Source: Patescibacteria group bacterium
Lineage (GTDB): Bacteria > Patescibacteriota > Microgenomatia > 2-02-FULL-39-11
Direction: 5' to 3'
NCBI GenBank assembly: GCA_023379265.1
Contig: JAMCUI010000009.1
Span: 36,091-100,090, forward strand
Length of the DNA: 64,000 bases
Shown: piece by piece, positions 27,422 to 37,648 of the stretch
How the letters are laid out: each line of letters starts with the position of its first letter
Position numbering within the stretch: the stretch's first letter is position 1
Program-made: the position numbers and the translations under genes
Notes under the pieces: generated by a model
Told to the model about the DNA's origin: nothing
What the model saw: the letters and a program-made list of their open reading frames with translations, nothing else
Databases searched by the model: none

Positions 27422-28618
27422 ATGAAAAAAGTCTCTGTCTCAAAAAGGGCAGCAAATACGCCCGCTTCTGCCATAAGAAAACTGGTGCCTTTGGCTGACG
27501 CAGCAAAAAAAAGAGGCATTAAAGTTTACCATGTGAATATAGGCCAACCTGACCTACCAACCCCTGATCCAATACTTTCGGCAATAAGGCATTTTAAGGA
27601 ATCTACTATAGAATATGCTCCATCAACTGGTGTATATGAGACTATGGAGGCATGGAAAAAGTTTTATAGTGATAAGGGAATAAAATTTGATGCCTCTGAC
27701 ATACTGGTGACAAGTGGAGGTTCGGAAGGTCTGATTTTCGCCTTTCTTACAGTGGCAGATCCGGGGGATGAATTAATAGTCTTTGAGCCTTTTTATACGA
27801 GCTACGCCATAATTGCTGCAATGGGCAATATAAAGTTGAAAGCAGTTAGGACAAAGGTGGAAGACGGTTTTCATCTTCCGCCTAAAGCAGCAATTGAGAA
27901 AGCAATTACATCAAGAACTAAAGGGATTGTAGTGTGCAATCCGAATAATCCTACCGGTACTCTCTATACGGATGCGGAAGTGAAAATGATTGCAGAGTTG
28001 GCTCTTAAACACAATCTTTTTATCATTTCTGACGAAACCTATCAGGAGTTAGTCTTTGATGGGAAAAAAGTATTGCCGTTTGCCTCATTTCCCAAACTTG
28101 CAAACCAGTTGGTTGTGACGGATAGCGTTTCTAAACGTTTTAATAGCTGTGGAGTGAGGATAGGTTGTGTCGTGAGTAAGAATAAGGAAGTAATGCAGTC
28201 AATTTTAAGGTTTGCCCAGGGAAGATTGTCTGTAGCCACAGTCGAGCAGATGGCTCTTATCCCTATGCTGTTAAATCATAAGCCTTATGTCGCCAAGATA
28301 AGGAAACTTTATGAGAGTAGAAGGGATACGGTGGTGCGTGAGCTGAAAAGAATTCCAGGCGTGACAGCCGTCGCGCCCGAAGGAGCTTTTTATATAATTC
28401 CCAAGCTTCCTATAAAAGATAGTGATGACTTTGCATCATACCTTCTTAGTGATTTTTCTGATCGGAAAGAGACGGTTATGGTGGCGCCAGCAACAGGTTT
28501 CTATGCTACACCTGGGTTGGGTAGCAACGAGATTAGAATTGCCTATGTGTTAGAGGAAAAGAAGCTTGAAAGGGCAATAGAGTTATTGGGTTTGGCAATC
28601 AAAAAATACAACCGTTAA
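27422..28618 (+). CDS. aspC: class I/II PLP aminotransferase (probable aspartate aminotransferase)
   Basis: NIGQPD, NPNNPTG, SDETY, SVSKRF..CG.RIG, EIRIAY; RBS AGGAGG; lies between ppcA and aspS. Confidence 0.8.
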   Translation: MKKVSVSKRAANTPASAIRKLVPLADAAKKRGIKVYHVNIGQPDLPTPDPILSAIRHFKESTIEYAPSTGVYETMEAWKKFYSDKGIKFDASDILVTSGGSEGLIFAFLTVADPGDELIVFEPFYTSYAIIAAMGNIKLKAVRTKVEDGFHLPPKAAIEKAITSRTKGIVVCNPNNPTGTLYTDAEVKMIAELALKHNLFIISDETYQELVFDGKKVLPFASFPKLANQLVVTDSVSKRFNSCGVRIGCVVSKNKEVMQSILRFAQGRLSVATVEQMALIPMLLNHKPYVAKIRKLYESRRDTVVRELKRIPGVTAVAPEGAFYIIPKLPIKDSDDFASYLLSDFSDRKETVMVAPATGFYATPGLGSNEIRIAYVLEEKKLERAIELLGLAIKKYNR

Positions 28619-28692
28619 ACTTTCTCTAATTTCAAAATATCTATTTATCAGGTTTTAGTATTAGTGGTTTTTTTAATTTACTATTTATTTTT

Positions 28693-30069
28693 ATGTTGAG
28701 GGTACTTATAAAAGATACGGTCGGCAAAATTGGTGAAGAAGTGACTTTATACGGCTGGGTGAATGCCGTGAGAGATCACGGTAAAATCACTTTTATCGAT
28801 TTGAGAGACAGTTCGGGTATAGTACAGGCTGTAGATGCTAAAGGACTGGCTAAAGTGTCAGCAGAAAGTGTGGTAAGGATTGTAGGATTAATCAAGGCAC
28901 GTCCTGAAAAAATGGTGAACCCAAATATAGAAACGGGGAAAGTTGAGATTGAGATAAAATCTTTTGATGTTTTGTCCAAATCACAGGAGTTACCTTTTCC
29001 TATTGATGGTGATGGTTATGATATCAACGAGGAGGTAAGACTGAAGTATAGATATTTGGATTTGAGACGGAAAAGATTGAATAGGAATATAAGATTGCGC
29101 TCACAATTTGTCCAAAATATAAGAAATTTCCTATTCTCAAATAACTTTTTAGAGGTCGAGACTCCCCTTTTGTCGCAGTCAACACCTGAAGGTTCAAGAG
29201 ATTTCCTTGTTCCATCTAGACTTCAGCCTGGCAATTTTTATGCTTTACCCCAATCTCCGCAACAATATAAGCAGCTTCTGATGGTTGCGGGAATGGAAAG
29301 ATATTTTCAGATTGCCAGATGTATGAGAGATGAGGATTTGCGTGCCGACCGAGGGTTTGAGCATACGCAGATTGATATCGAGATGAGTTTTGTGGAAAGA
29401 GAAGATGTGATGAATATACTGGAGAAAATGATTACAGAAGTGATGGAAAAAATGGGACAAAAGATAAAGAAGAAACCTTTTCCAGTATTTACATATAAAG
29501 AAGCGATGGAAAAATTTAAGTCTGACAAATTTGATTTGAGAACAGAGGAGGAAAAGAAAGAAAGTGTGAAAGCTTTTGCCTGGGTGATTGATTTTCCTTT
29601 TTTTGAAAAGGATAAAGAGGGCAAATGGACGTTTACTCATAATCCTTTTTCCAATCCTATGCCGGAGTATGTTAGTGATTTATTGCAGAAGAAAAATATA
29701 GAAGGTATTCTGACAAGCCAATACGATCTTGTTTGTAACGGTTTTGAAGTGGGAGGCGGCAGTATTAGATCTCACGATCCCCAAATATTAGAATCCGTTT
29801 TTGAAGTAATGGGTTATAAAAAGGACGAGATAAAACAAAAGTTTGGACATATGCTGACAGCTTTCAGCTACGGAACTCCTCCTCATGGAGGATGCGCTTT
29901 TGGTGTTGACCGTCTTATGATGATTTTGACTGGTGAACAGTATTTGCGTGAAGTAGTAGCTTTTCCGATGACTTCAGGTGGAAGGACAGCTGTTATGGAT
30001 GCACCATCTCCAGTGAGTCCTACTCAACTTAGGGAATTAGGATTATCCCTTCGCAAAAGTGAAAAGTAA
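28693..30069 (+). CDS. aspS: aspartyl-tRNA synthetase, short bacterial form without the GAD insert, probably non-discriminating
   Basis: VRDHG..FIDLRD, RLKYRYLDLRR, YALPQSPQQYKQLLM, RDEDLRADR, PPHGG.A.G.DR. Confidence 0.95.
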   Translation: MLRVLIKDTVGKIGEEVTLYGWVNAVRDHGKITFIDLRDSSGIVQAVDAKGLAKVSAESVVRIVGLIKARPEKMVNPNIETGKVEIEIKSFDVLSKSQELPFPIDGDGYDINEEVRLKYRYLDLRRKRLNRNIRLRSQFVQNIRNFLFSNNFLEVETPLLSQSTPEGSRDFLVPSRLQPGNFYALPQSPQQYKQLLMVAGMERYFQIARCMRDEDLRADRGFEHTQIDIEMSFVEREDVMNILEKMITEVMEKMGQKIKKKPFPVFTYKEAMEKFKSDKFDLRTEEEKKESVKAFAWVIDFPFFEKDKEGKWTFTHNPFSNPMPEYVSDLLQKKNIEGILTSQYDLVCNGFEVGGGSIRSHDPQILESVFEVMGYKKDEIKQKFGHMLTAFSYGTPPHGGCAFGVDRLMMILTGEQYLREVVAFPMTSGGRTAVMDAPSPVSPTQLRELGLSLRKSEK

Positions 30070-30100
30070 TCAAATTGAAGACTTTCAAGATAAGCCAGTA

Positions 30101-31069
30101 ATGACAAAACTTTCTAGAAAAAAATCCCCTAAAAAAAATTTTTGGAGGATAATATATTTTACTCTTTTTACTTTAGTTTTGTTTCTTTTTCCTGCGCCAA
30201 ATATTTATTTTCAGACTGTTGCTGATACAGGCGGTCTCTACTTGCCGCAAAATATAAAATTGCCTCCTCCACCAGCCTATCCGGTCATGGTTGGCAATCC
30301 TATACCCCCAGTAGTGACGGCCCAAGGGGTGTATATTGTGGATATACCCTCAAAAGTTGTACTTTACCAGAAAAATCCAGACGAAGAGTTTCTTCCAGCA
30401 TCTACTACAAAAATAGCAACAGTTCTAGTTGCTCTGGATCATTACCGTTTGGATGATGTCTTGAAAGTGAACACAGTTATAACAGATGGTAGCGTAATGG
30501 GTTTAGTACATGACGAGCAGATTACTGTTGAGTCACTTCTTTATGGAGCGCTTGTGGAGTCCGGAAATGATGCTGCATACACACTCGCAGAGAATTATCC
30601 TGGAGGGGTATCGAATTTTGTAGACATGATGAATAAAAAGGCACAGGAATTACATCTTTCCCATACTCATTTTGCCAATCCCATTGGTTTTGACGATCCG
30701 CCAAATTACACAACTCCTTCCGATTTAGCCAAGTTGGCTATGGCAGCTCTTCATAATAAAACATTTACAAAGATTATCGGTATCAAAAATATTACCGTTT
30801 CAGATGTGACTTATACCTATTTCCATTCACTGACAAACGTAAACCAATTATTGGGGAAAATTCAGGGGGTAGCAGGGGTTAAAACCGGTTATACCCAAAA
30901 TGCAGGTGAGATATTGGTTTCTGAGGTAAAAAAGAATGGACATTCGGTACTCTTTGTTATATTAAAAAGTGATGACAGGTTTGGTGAGACGACTCAACTG
31001 ATAAATTGGATTTTTAACAATTTCGGATGGAAAAATATAGAATCAGTGGTTCCGACCGGTTCGTCTTAA
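30101..31069 (+). CDS. D-alanyl-D-alanine carboxypeptidase (peptidase S11)
   Basis: SxxK (ASTTK), SGN, KTG; N-terminal TM. Confidence 0.9.
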   Translation: MTKLSRKKSPKKNFWRIIYFTLFTLVLFLFPAPNIYFQTVADTGGLYLPQNIKLPPPPAYPVMVGNPIPPVVTAQGVYIVDIPSKVVLYQKNPDEEFLPASTTKIATVLVALDHYRLDDVLKVNTVITDGSVMGLVHDEQITVESLLYGALVESGNDAAYTLAENYPGGVSNFVDMMNKKAQELHLSHTHFANPIGFDDPPNYTTPSDLAKLAMAALHNKTFTKIIGIKNITVSDVTYTYFHSLTNVNQLLGKIQGVAGVKTGYTQNAGEILVSEVKKNGHSVLFVILKSDDRFGETTQLINWIFNNFGWKNIESVVPTGSS

Positions 31070-31105
31070 GAGAAATGTGTGGAAAATCGTTTGTAAAAGA
31101 AGAAA

Positions 31106-32164
31106 TTATTCCAACCAGTCAGAAATAATTGCAGGTTCATAAGCTACAAAACCGTTGTCACCTTCAAAGACAAAGATTGGCTGAAGATATGATTGTGGTT
31201 GGTCACTATCATAATAAGCCAGATATATTTTTCTTATTACAATATTTTCAGGACTGTTGTTGCCCATATCCACGATTAGTGCATATCCGTCAGTAAGGTC
31301 TTTCCAGGCCGCAGACCCGCTTTTAAGGGGATATGTTCCGAAATCATCAAAGGATATTGGCCAGAACGAATAAGACATTTCTAAAATTCTGGTGTTTGGC
31401 GTGGTTCCGGCATTAAAAAGGACGTGATTATAACTTTTATTAAATTGAGGAGGAAGGGTTCTCATTCCGTCCAGGTCGTTTCTGAAAAAATTTATTCTGA
31501 GAACATTTGCATCCGAGAGGCTTGATGCGGGAAAAAAGGTTTTTGTTTTAGTATTGTATGAGAGTAATTCATAAGTGATTTTACCCTTTAGTATGCTGTC
31601 GTCAAACAGGTTATTCAGCTGTATAAAAGTTTTCACTTCATTAAACGCATCATCTTTACTTGTAATTCCCCCTTTGACAAATATGTCAGAATTATTCTGA
31701 TAATCATATTTCAGGAGAAAATTCATAGTGTTTATATCAAGGCTCAGAGTTCTGAGGTTGTCTCCTGGATCTGTAAACAGATAATTTGTAGGCGTGATAA
31801 GCTGTGGATCGTTGGTAAATCCAAGCTTTGTGGCAAAACTTTTTGCTCTGTCGGCAGCTAAAAGTGAAGGGAGTTTTTTGGGCATGAGATATACTTTTCC
31901 GGCGGTTGTAGTTTCCGGTGGTCCTCCCTCAACCGTTTCCAGAGTGAATTTCATTCCTGATGAGGATGTAGACACATGAGTAAAGACAGGATAGGGAATT
32001 TTGCCGTATTTGACGTCAGGAGGAGGGATGGGTATAGGATGGGTGGCTTTCCAGTATTGCACGCCCACTCCGACAAACACCTTAAGTATAAGGTAACAAA
32101 TGAAAACTATTACCAGCCAAAACAAAAACTTTCTGGTGGCTATTGAGATTTCAGTAAGATTCAT
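31106..32164 (-). CDS. hypothetical membrane-anchored protein
   Basis: 352 aa; N-terminal TM; C-terminal YLAYYD...YLQPIFVF. Confidence 0.75.
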   Translation of the reverse strand: MNLTEISIATRKFLFWLVIVFICYLILKVFVGVGVQYWKATHPIPIPPPDVKYGKIPYPVFTHVSTSSSGMKFTLETVEGGPPETTTAGKVYLMPKKLPSLLAADRAKSFATKLGFTNDPQLITPTNYLFTDPGDNLRTLSLDINTMNFLLKYDYQNNSDIFVKGGITSKDDAFNEVKTFIQLNNLFDDSILKGKITYELLSYNTKTKTFFPASSLSDANVLRINFFRNDLDGMRTLPPQFNKSYNHVLFNAGTTPNTRILEMSYSFWPISFDDFGTYPLKSGSAAWKDLTDGYALIVDMGNNSPENIVIRKIYLAYYDSDQPQSYLQPIFVFEGDNGFVAYEPAIISDWLE

Positions 32165-32208
32165 ATTATAAATTGAGTATAAATGACCTCATAGGATATA
32201 ATCAACTC

Positions 32209-33657
32209 ATGACAGAAGTGCGTACTCGTATTGCTCCTTCTCCCACCGGGGAGAATTTACATATAGGCAATGCCTATACTGCTCTTATAAACTATGTTTT
32301 TGCCAAAAAAAACAAGGGCAAATTTATAGTCAGGATAGAGGATACTGACAGGATAAGATTTATCGATGGATCAGAAAAAAGGATACTGTCGTCGCTAAAA
32401 TGGTTGGGGATAGAATATGATGAGGGGCCGGATAAAAAAGGGCCGTATGCACCATACCGACAATCTGAACGTCTTTCCATATATCAGGAAAAGGTAAAAG
32501 AATTATTGAGTAAAGGTCACGCTTACTACTGTTTCTGTACACCTGAACGTTTGGCCGAAATGAGGAAAAGCCAGCAGGAAAAGGGTATACCGACATTGTA
32601 TGATGGGCGTTGCAAGAATTTATCAGTGGAGATTGCTTCGAGTAAAGCGGAAAAAGAAAAGTATGTAATCAGATTAAATGTTCCGGATGAAGGAGAGACA
32701 CAATTCTACGATATTATAAGAGGCAAAATTTCATTTGAAAATAAACTGATAGACGATCAGGTACTCCTCAAGTCCGACGGTTATCCGACTTACCATTTGG
32801 GGGTGGTGGTTGATGATTATCTTATGAAGATATCCCATATTATAAGAGGTGAGGAATGGATATCCTCTGCGCCCAAACACGTCTTGCTTTACAAGGCTTT
32901 CGGATGGGAATTGCCCAAGTTTGCCCATTTACCCCTCTTGCGCAATCCCGATAAAAGCAAGCTTTCTAAAAGAAAAAACCCCGTTTGGGTGTCTTGGTAT
33001 AAGGATGAGGGGATATTGCCCGAGTCGCTTCTAAATTATTTAGCGCTTATGGGGTGGTCCATGCCTGCCTCGCCGGCAGGCGAGCCTGAAGGACGGGATA
33101 AATTTAGTGTCCCAGAAATGATAAAAGAATTCAGACTAGAGGATATCAAAACGACTGCACCTATATTTGATATAGAGAAATTAAAATGGCTGAATAAAAA
33201 ATATATTCTAGAGATGTCTCTTCGGGATAAAGAGAAGTATTTAAGCTATGTCAAAATATATAGCAGATATACTTCAAATGCTGATTTTGGCTCAATTGTA
33301 AAGGATACCGCAGAACTTATTGCCCCAAGAATTAGTACTTTCAAAGAGTTTGACAAGCTTTCATCATTTTTCTTTGAAAAACCAACTAGTTTCGAAAAAA
33401 AACTACATGTTGATTGGATTAAGTTATTCATGAGTATAGGGGATAAAATTCTAGCTGATAAAGCCGTTTTTGAGAAGGAAATAAATGGTTTAGCCAAGGA
33501 AAAAAATATTAAGCCGAAAGATTTGTTTATGGAATTGCGAGTGGCAGTGACAGGAAAAACAGTGGGCCCTCCGCTTTTTGAATCGCTTCAGGAATTGGAA
33601 AAAATTCACAAAGGTGAAATGAAGGAAAGGTTGGAAAGTGTGATTAAATCCCCATGA
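32209..33657 (+). CDS. gltX: glutamate--tRNA ligase
   Basis: RIAPSPTG..HIGN, RIEDTD, CFC, KSDG.PTYH, RGEEW, KLSKR; TATAAT 6 nt before the ATG. Confidence 0.97.
   Translation: MTEVRTRIAPSPTGENLHIGNAYTALINYVFAKKNKGKFIVRIEDTDRIRFIDGSEKRILSSLKWLGIEYDEGPDKKGPYAPYRQSERLSIYQEKVKELLSKGHAYYCFCTPERLAEMRKSQQEKGIPTLYDGRCKNLSVEIASSKAEKEKYVIRLNVPDEGETQFYDIIRGKISFENKLIDDQVLLKSDGYPTYHLGVVVDDYLMKISHIIRGEEWISSAPKHVLLYKAFGWELPKFAHLPLLRNPDKSKLSKRKNPVWVSWYKDEGILPESLLNYLALMGWSMPASPAGEPEGRDKFSVPEMIKEFRLEDIKTTAPIFDIEKLKWLNKKYILEMSLRDKEKYLSYVKIYSRYTSNADFGSIVKDTAELIAPRISTFKEFDKLSSFFFEKPTSFEKKLHVDWIKLFMSIGDKILADKAVFEKEINGLAKEKNIKPKDLFMELRVAVTGKTVGPPLFESLQELEKIHKGEMKERLESVIKSP
33063..33088. repeat. in-frame 21-bp palindromic insertion in gltX (adds PASPAGE)
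   Basis: GCCTGCC-TCGCC-GGCAGGC hairpin flanked by GCCTG direct repeats at 33063-67 and 33084-88; very GC-rich in an AT-rich gene. Confidence 0.7.
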
Positions 33658-34511
33658 AACCCCTTCATCTTAAAGGCTATATGCAGTTGGTATTATCCGG
33701 ATTGATATTCGGATTTAACGGAGTTTTTCAAAGATGGATAGATATGCCGGCTCCTGTACTCTTGGCTTTCCGTTTTTTATTTGGAGCGTTTGCTCTTTAT
33801 ATTTATTTCCTGCTGACAAAAGAAAAGATCAGTCTTTCCGGTTTTAAGGATAAAAATGTTTTAGCCGTTGCGATTTTTAACACATTGACTGCTGTTTTGT
33901 TTTTCTATGCGCTGTCCATGACAACAATTGCTAATGCTGAGATACTCCTTTACACTGCACCTGTTTTTTTAGTTGTTTTATCGCCCGCAATTTTTCATGA
34001 AAAGCTTGAGAAGATGACTATAATCAATCTTTTAATCGCTTTTTTGGGTGTGATCCTTATTTTTTCGAATACAAAAATAGCTCTTTCAAATTATACCTTG
34101 AAAGGCATAATGTTAGGTCTGTCAGCGGGTTTTGTATTTTCTCTCACTTTTATTTTCGGAAAACTGGCGAGAACAGAATTTTCCGGAATGAAATTGAATT
34201 TCTATCAAGTGTTAATAAGCGCCTTAATTCTCCTTCCTACGATATTTTTCGTCTCTTATCATATGACAGTGGACAAATTTGTCTTATTGATAATTATGGG
34301 AGTTATTATGACGACCATATCGATGTCATTATTTCTCGGAGGGCTTAAAAGTGTCAAAGCTCAGCATGCTGGAATCATTTCCTACTTTGAACCATTGTCT
34401 GCAGTAATCTATGCAGCCTTGCTTTTTGGAGAGATCCCTACTTTTTCTACGCTTATCGGAGGCGCTCTGATAATTTATGCTGGTTATAGCGTCATAAAAA
34501 AAGAAGAGTAA
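33654..34511 (+). CDS. EamA/DMT family transporter
   Basis: about 10 TM helices, two EamA repeats, YTAP.F, EPL.AV. Confidence 0.88.
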   Translation: MKPLHLKGYMQLVLSGLIFGFNGVFQRWIDMPAPVLLAFRFLFGAFALYIYFLLTKEKISLSGFKDKNVLAVAIFNTLTAVLFFYALSMTTIANAEILLYTAPVFLVVLSPAIFHEKLEKMTIINLLIAFLGVILIFSNTKIALSNYTLKGIMLGLSAGFVFSLTFIFGKLARTEFSGMKLNFYQVLISALILLPTIFFVSYHMTVDKFVLLIIMGVIMTTISMSLFLGGLKSVKAQHAGIISYFEPLSAVIYAALLFGEIPTFSTLIGGALIIYAGYSVIKKEE

Positions 34512-34521
34512 GGATGGTATT

Positions 34522-35112
34522 ATGTCTAAACTTCTGATTGCCTCCAAAAATCCTGGTAAAGTGCGGGAAATAAAAGAAATATTCTCCGGCCTTCCTTTTG
34601 ATATTTTGTCTCTTTCGGATTTCGGAGATGACACTAACGTGAAAGAAACAGGTAAAACGTTTGAGGAAAATGCCGTACTTAAGGCCAGAACAATAGGGAA
34701 AAAGACGGGACTAATGACTTTGGCAGATGATTCTGGTTTGGAAGTGGATGCCCTTGGTGGAAAGCCGGGAATTTATTCTGCTAGGTATACGGTGGGAACT
34801 GATGAAGATAGGGTTGAAAAGGTCTTAAAGGAAATGTCAGGAGTCCCGAAAAAGAAAAGGACGGCCAGATTTGTGGCCGTTGTTGCTCTTTATGATCCTC
34901 AAGCAGACAAGGCTTTTACATTCAGAGGAGAAAGTGAAGGGTATCTTACACAAAAGCCAAGTGGCAGGAATGGTTTCGGGTATGATCCGATTTTCTATAA
35001 CTTTGATTTGGATAAAGTTAATGCTGAAGCGTCACCTGCTGAAAAAAACAACGTGAGCCACAGAGCCCGCGCGCTATTGAAATGTCGGAACAAGCTTTTG
35101 AGCTTATACTGA
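34522..35112 (+). CDS. rdgB: dITP/XTP pyrophosphatase
   Basis: N.GK..E, TFEENA..KA, ADDSGLEVDAL.G.PGIYSARY, GFGYDPIF, SHRARA. Confidence 0.96.
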   Translation: MSKLLIASKNPGKVREIKEIFSGLPFDILSLSDFGDDTNVKETGKTFEENAVLKARTIGKKTGLMTLADDSGLEVDALGGKPGIYSARYTVGTDEDRVEKVLKEMSGVPKKKRTARFVAVVALYDPQADKAFTFRGESEGYLTQKPSGRNGFGYDPIFYNFDLDKVNAEASPAEKNNVSHRARALLKCRNKLLSLY

Positions 35113-35178
35113 CTTCAATAAGAAAGTCAAATTTCCATTAACGTACTCATTGGGAAGTACCGGTATAAACTGTTGAGT

Positions 35179-36042
35179 TTAAGTTAACTGGTCAATCCAG
35201 TGAGGATTTGTTTCTACCTGAATATCGATATAAACTTTCTGGTTAGTAGCCGTTTCCAACTCTTTTCTTGCAGCCATACCGATTTCCTTAATCATCCGGC
35301 CATTTTCTCCAATAATCATTTTTTTATACCTATCTGCTGAAGTAATAATTCGGGTCTTTATATAGACAATATTGTTATTACGGTGAGTTATCTCATCTAC
35401 GAGACACGTCAGAGAATAGGGCACTTCTTTGCGTAAAAAAAGAAAGGCTTTTTCTCTCACAATTTCTGCAATGTATATTTTACTGTCAATATTAAGAGCT
35501 GGAGTCGGTCTATCGGTAGCATCTACTATTTTTTTCCCTTCTGGTAAAAGTTCAAAAATTGCATCAAGCAGGTAATTCAAGTTGTTTTTGTAAAGTCCGG
35601 ATATCATTACAGTTTTGTCAAATTCTTCTTCCATGAATTTATAGTGGGGTAGATATGTGGGTTTTTTAATATCAATCTTATTTATTGCCAAAATTTTAGG
35701 AGTATTGATATTTCGTACCAAACCCAACGATTTATTTTCTTCCATGTCGCGGTCTCTAGTGTGATCAGCAAGATATACTACCACGTCTGGTCCTTGTGAT
35801 AATGTCTCTTGGGCCATGGGATTAATGGATTTAGACAACGGGTCATGGACTTTTCCGAAGATTCCCGGAGTGTCGATGAAGATTATTTGTCCTCTAACGT
35901 CTTCATAGACAGCCTGAATGGGAAATCTTGTAGTTTGCGGTTTTGGCGAGGTGATAGAGACCTTATGACCTAAAATGTTATTCAGCAAAGTTGATTTGCC
36001 GCTGTTTGGCCGGCCGACAATCGCTACATAACCTGACTTCAT
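35179..36042 (-). CDS. era: GTPase Era
   Basis: GRPNSGKSTL, PQTTR, DTPG, NKID, KH domain with IIG.NG.MIK.IG..AR. Confidence 0.96.
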   Translation of the reverse strand: MKSGYVAIVGRPNSGKSTLLNNILGHKVSITSPKPQTTRFPIQAVYEDVRGQIIFIDTPGIFGKVHDPLSKSINPMAQETLSQGPDVVVYLADHTRDRDMEENKSLGLVRNINTPKILAINKIDIKKPTYLPHYKFMEEEFDKTVMISGLYKNNLNYLLDAIFELLPEGKKIVDATDRPTPALNIDSKIYIAEIVREKAFLFLRKEVPYSLTCLVDEITHRNNNIVYIKTRIITSADRYKKMIIGENGRMIKEIGMAARKELETATNQKVYIDIQVETNPHWIDQLT

Positions 36043-36105
36043 AGTTATTTCTTATAGTTGTAACTTCTTGACAATTATACATTGTTAGAATAGGATATTG
36101 ATAGT

Positions 36106-36360
36106 ATGCAAAAGTGGTGGAATGATTTTTATAAAAATAATAGATCTATAGTCTGGGCGGCTGTAGCCGGGGTAGTTTTGAGTCTAGGAGTTTTGTGGAA
36201 AGTGCCCGATGAGGTGACTAGATTTACGCTCATTATGCCTATTTTTGCCGGATTTATACTTTTTGCCATTTTGACTACTGCTGATGAGGAATTGGATGGT
36301 AATTTATCTGAAGAAAAACCGGAAAAGAAGGCAAAAACAAAAAAATCCTCAAAGAAATAA
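36106..36360 (+). CDS. small two-TM hypothetical protein
   Basis: 84 aa; two hydrophobic segments; charged tail. Confidence 0.6.
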   Translation: MQKWWNDFYKNNRSIVWAAVAGVVLSLGVLWKVPDEVTRFTLIMPIFAGFILFAILTTADEELDGNLSEEKPEKKAKTKKSSKK

Positions 36361-36377
36361 TCTATTCTTAGCCGATT

Positions 36378-36998
36378 TTAGGGAGTAATTAAATCACCTA
36401 GTTTTTTAATTGTTTGGATACTTGCCATTTTCTCATTAGAGATTCTATTTAGCCAAATTATATTGAAGCGTTTTGTAGAATTCAGTTTTTCAACGACACC
36501 TGGGTGATTATCCACAATTACACTACTCTCGGGCATCGATTTGGTAAGAGAGGGCCTCAGCTTTCTTCTGGAAATAAAGATGTATTCTTTTTGGAAAAAA
36601 TCCAAAATACCTGATTGAGACAATTTGTGTAATTGAAACTTTCTAAATCCCTGCGAATATATACCTAATTTATTATTTGTCACCAGTTGGCATAATGTTT
36701 TTGTTACCTCTGGATAAAGTGCTTTTTTATAGTTTTCCTCATTTTCCCAAAAAATTTTCCAGAGTACTGCATTTTTTATTGCAAGTTTACCTGCTAAAAA
36801 TTTAATAAAAGCCTGTGGGTGAAAATCGGTACCTGACTCCAGATTTTCAAAATATTTTGAGGACACGTTTTCTACCTCTACCAGGTCTATTTTAAATGTT
36901 TTGGTAAACTGTGTCCTTACTCTTTCCCCGAAAAATCTGGAATCAAACAATGTTCCGTCAATATCAAATAGAACGATTTTTTTCCTTATTGGTAACAT
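36378..36998 (-). CDS. HAD-superfamily hydrolase
   Basis: LFDIDGTL; Q..KL..SG. Confidence 0.82.
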   Translation of the reverse strand: MLPIRKKIVLFDIDGTLFDSRFFGERVRTQFTKTFKIDLVEVENVSSKYFENLESGTDFHPQAFIKFLAGKLAIKNAVLWKIFWENEENYKKALYPEVTKTLCQLVTNNKLGIYSQGFRKFQLHKLSQSGILDFFQKEYIFISRRKLRPSLTKSMPESSVIVDNHPGVVEKLNSTKRFNIIWLNRISNEKMASIQTIKKLGDLITP

Positions 36999-37051
36999 GT
37001 TTCGAATTATACTACTTTAATTCGCCTAGTTTTGCGTGTGATAATTGACAT

Positions 37052-37648
37052 ATGTTATCCGGCAGAACGACAATTTTTATACTTGGTGGATCAGGGACAG
37101 GTAAATCAATACTGGCTAAAGCATTGTCAAAGGATTTGGGCTTGTCCCTTTTTCAGACTGATACATATCGGGTCAAACTGCAAAACAAATCAAAACATAA
37201 CCATTCTCCTATTTGCCGTCTTCTTGATGAAAATAGCTATATGAAATTTTCCCAAAAAGAGCTTCTCGAAATACATCAAGAAGTTAGCCGACTCACTTGG
37301 GTAGAGTTTATGAAGGATTTTCAAAAGTTAAAAAGGAAGGAAAAAGGATTTATTATTGAAGGAGACGATTTACTGCCAAATTTTATTAAAAGGCTTAATA
37401 AATTATCTTTGCCAATCCGATCAGTTTGTCTTTATGAAGGAAAGAAAGAGATGATTGAAGAAAATATAAGGAGGCGTGATCACTCGTTTGGTGAGAAAAG
37501 TGTTATTTTCAAAAATCAAATTCTTCACGCTTATTTGAACGGAACAGAGATTTATCACGAGGCTGTAAAATATCATATTCCTTGTGTAACTTCACGACCT
37601 TTTCCAACACTAACTAAACGGGTTATGAAGATATTAAATCTGAAATAG
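37052..37648 (+). CDS. P-loop kinase-like protein
   Basis: GGSGTGKS Walker A; IIEG..LLP. Confidence 0.75.
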   Translation: MLSGRTTIFILGGSGTGKSILAKALSKDLGLSLFQTDTYRVKLQNKSKHNHSPICRLLDENSYMKFSQKELLEIHQEVSRLTWVEFMKDFQKLKRKEKGFIIEGDDLLPNFIKRLNKLSLPIRSVCLYEGKKEMIEENIRRRDHSFGEKSVIFKNQILHAYLNGTEIYHEAVKYHIPCVTSRPFPTLTKRVMKILNLK

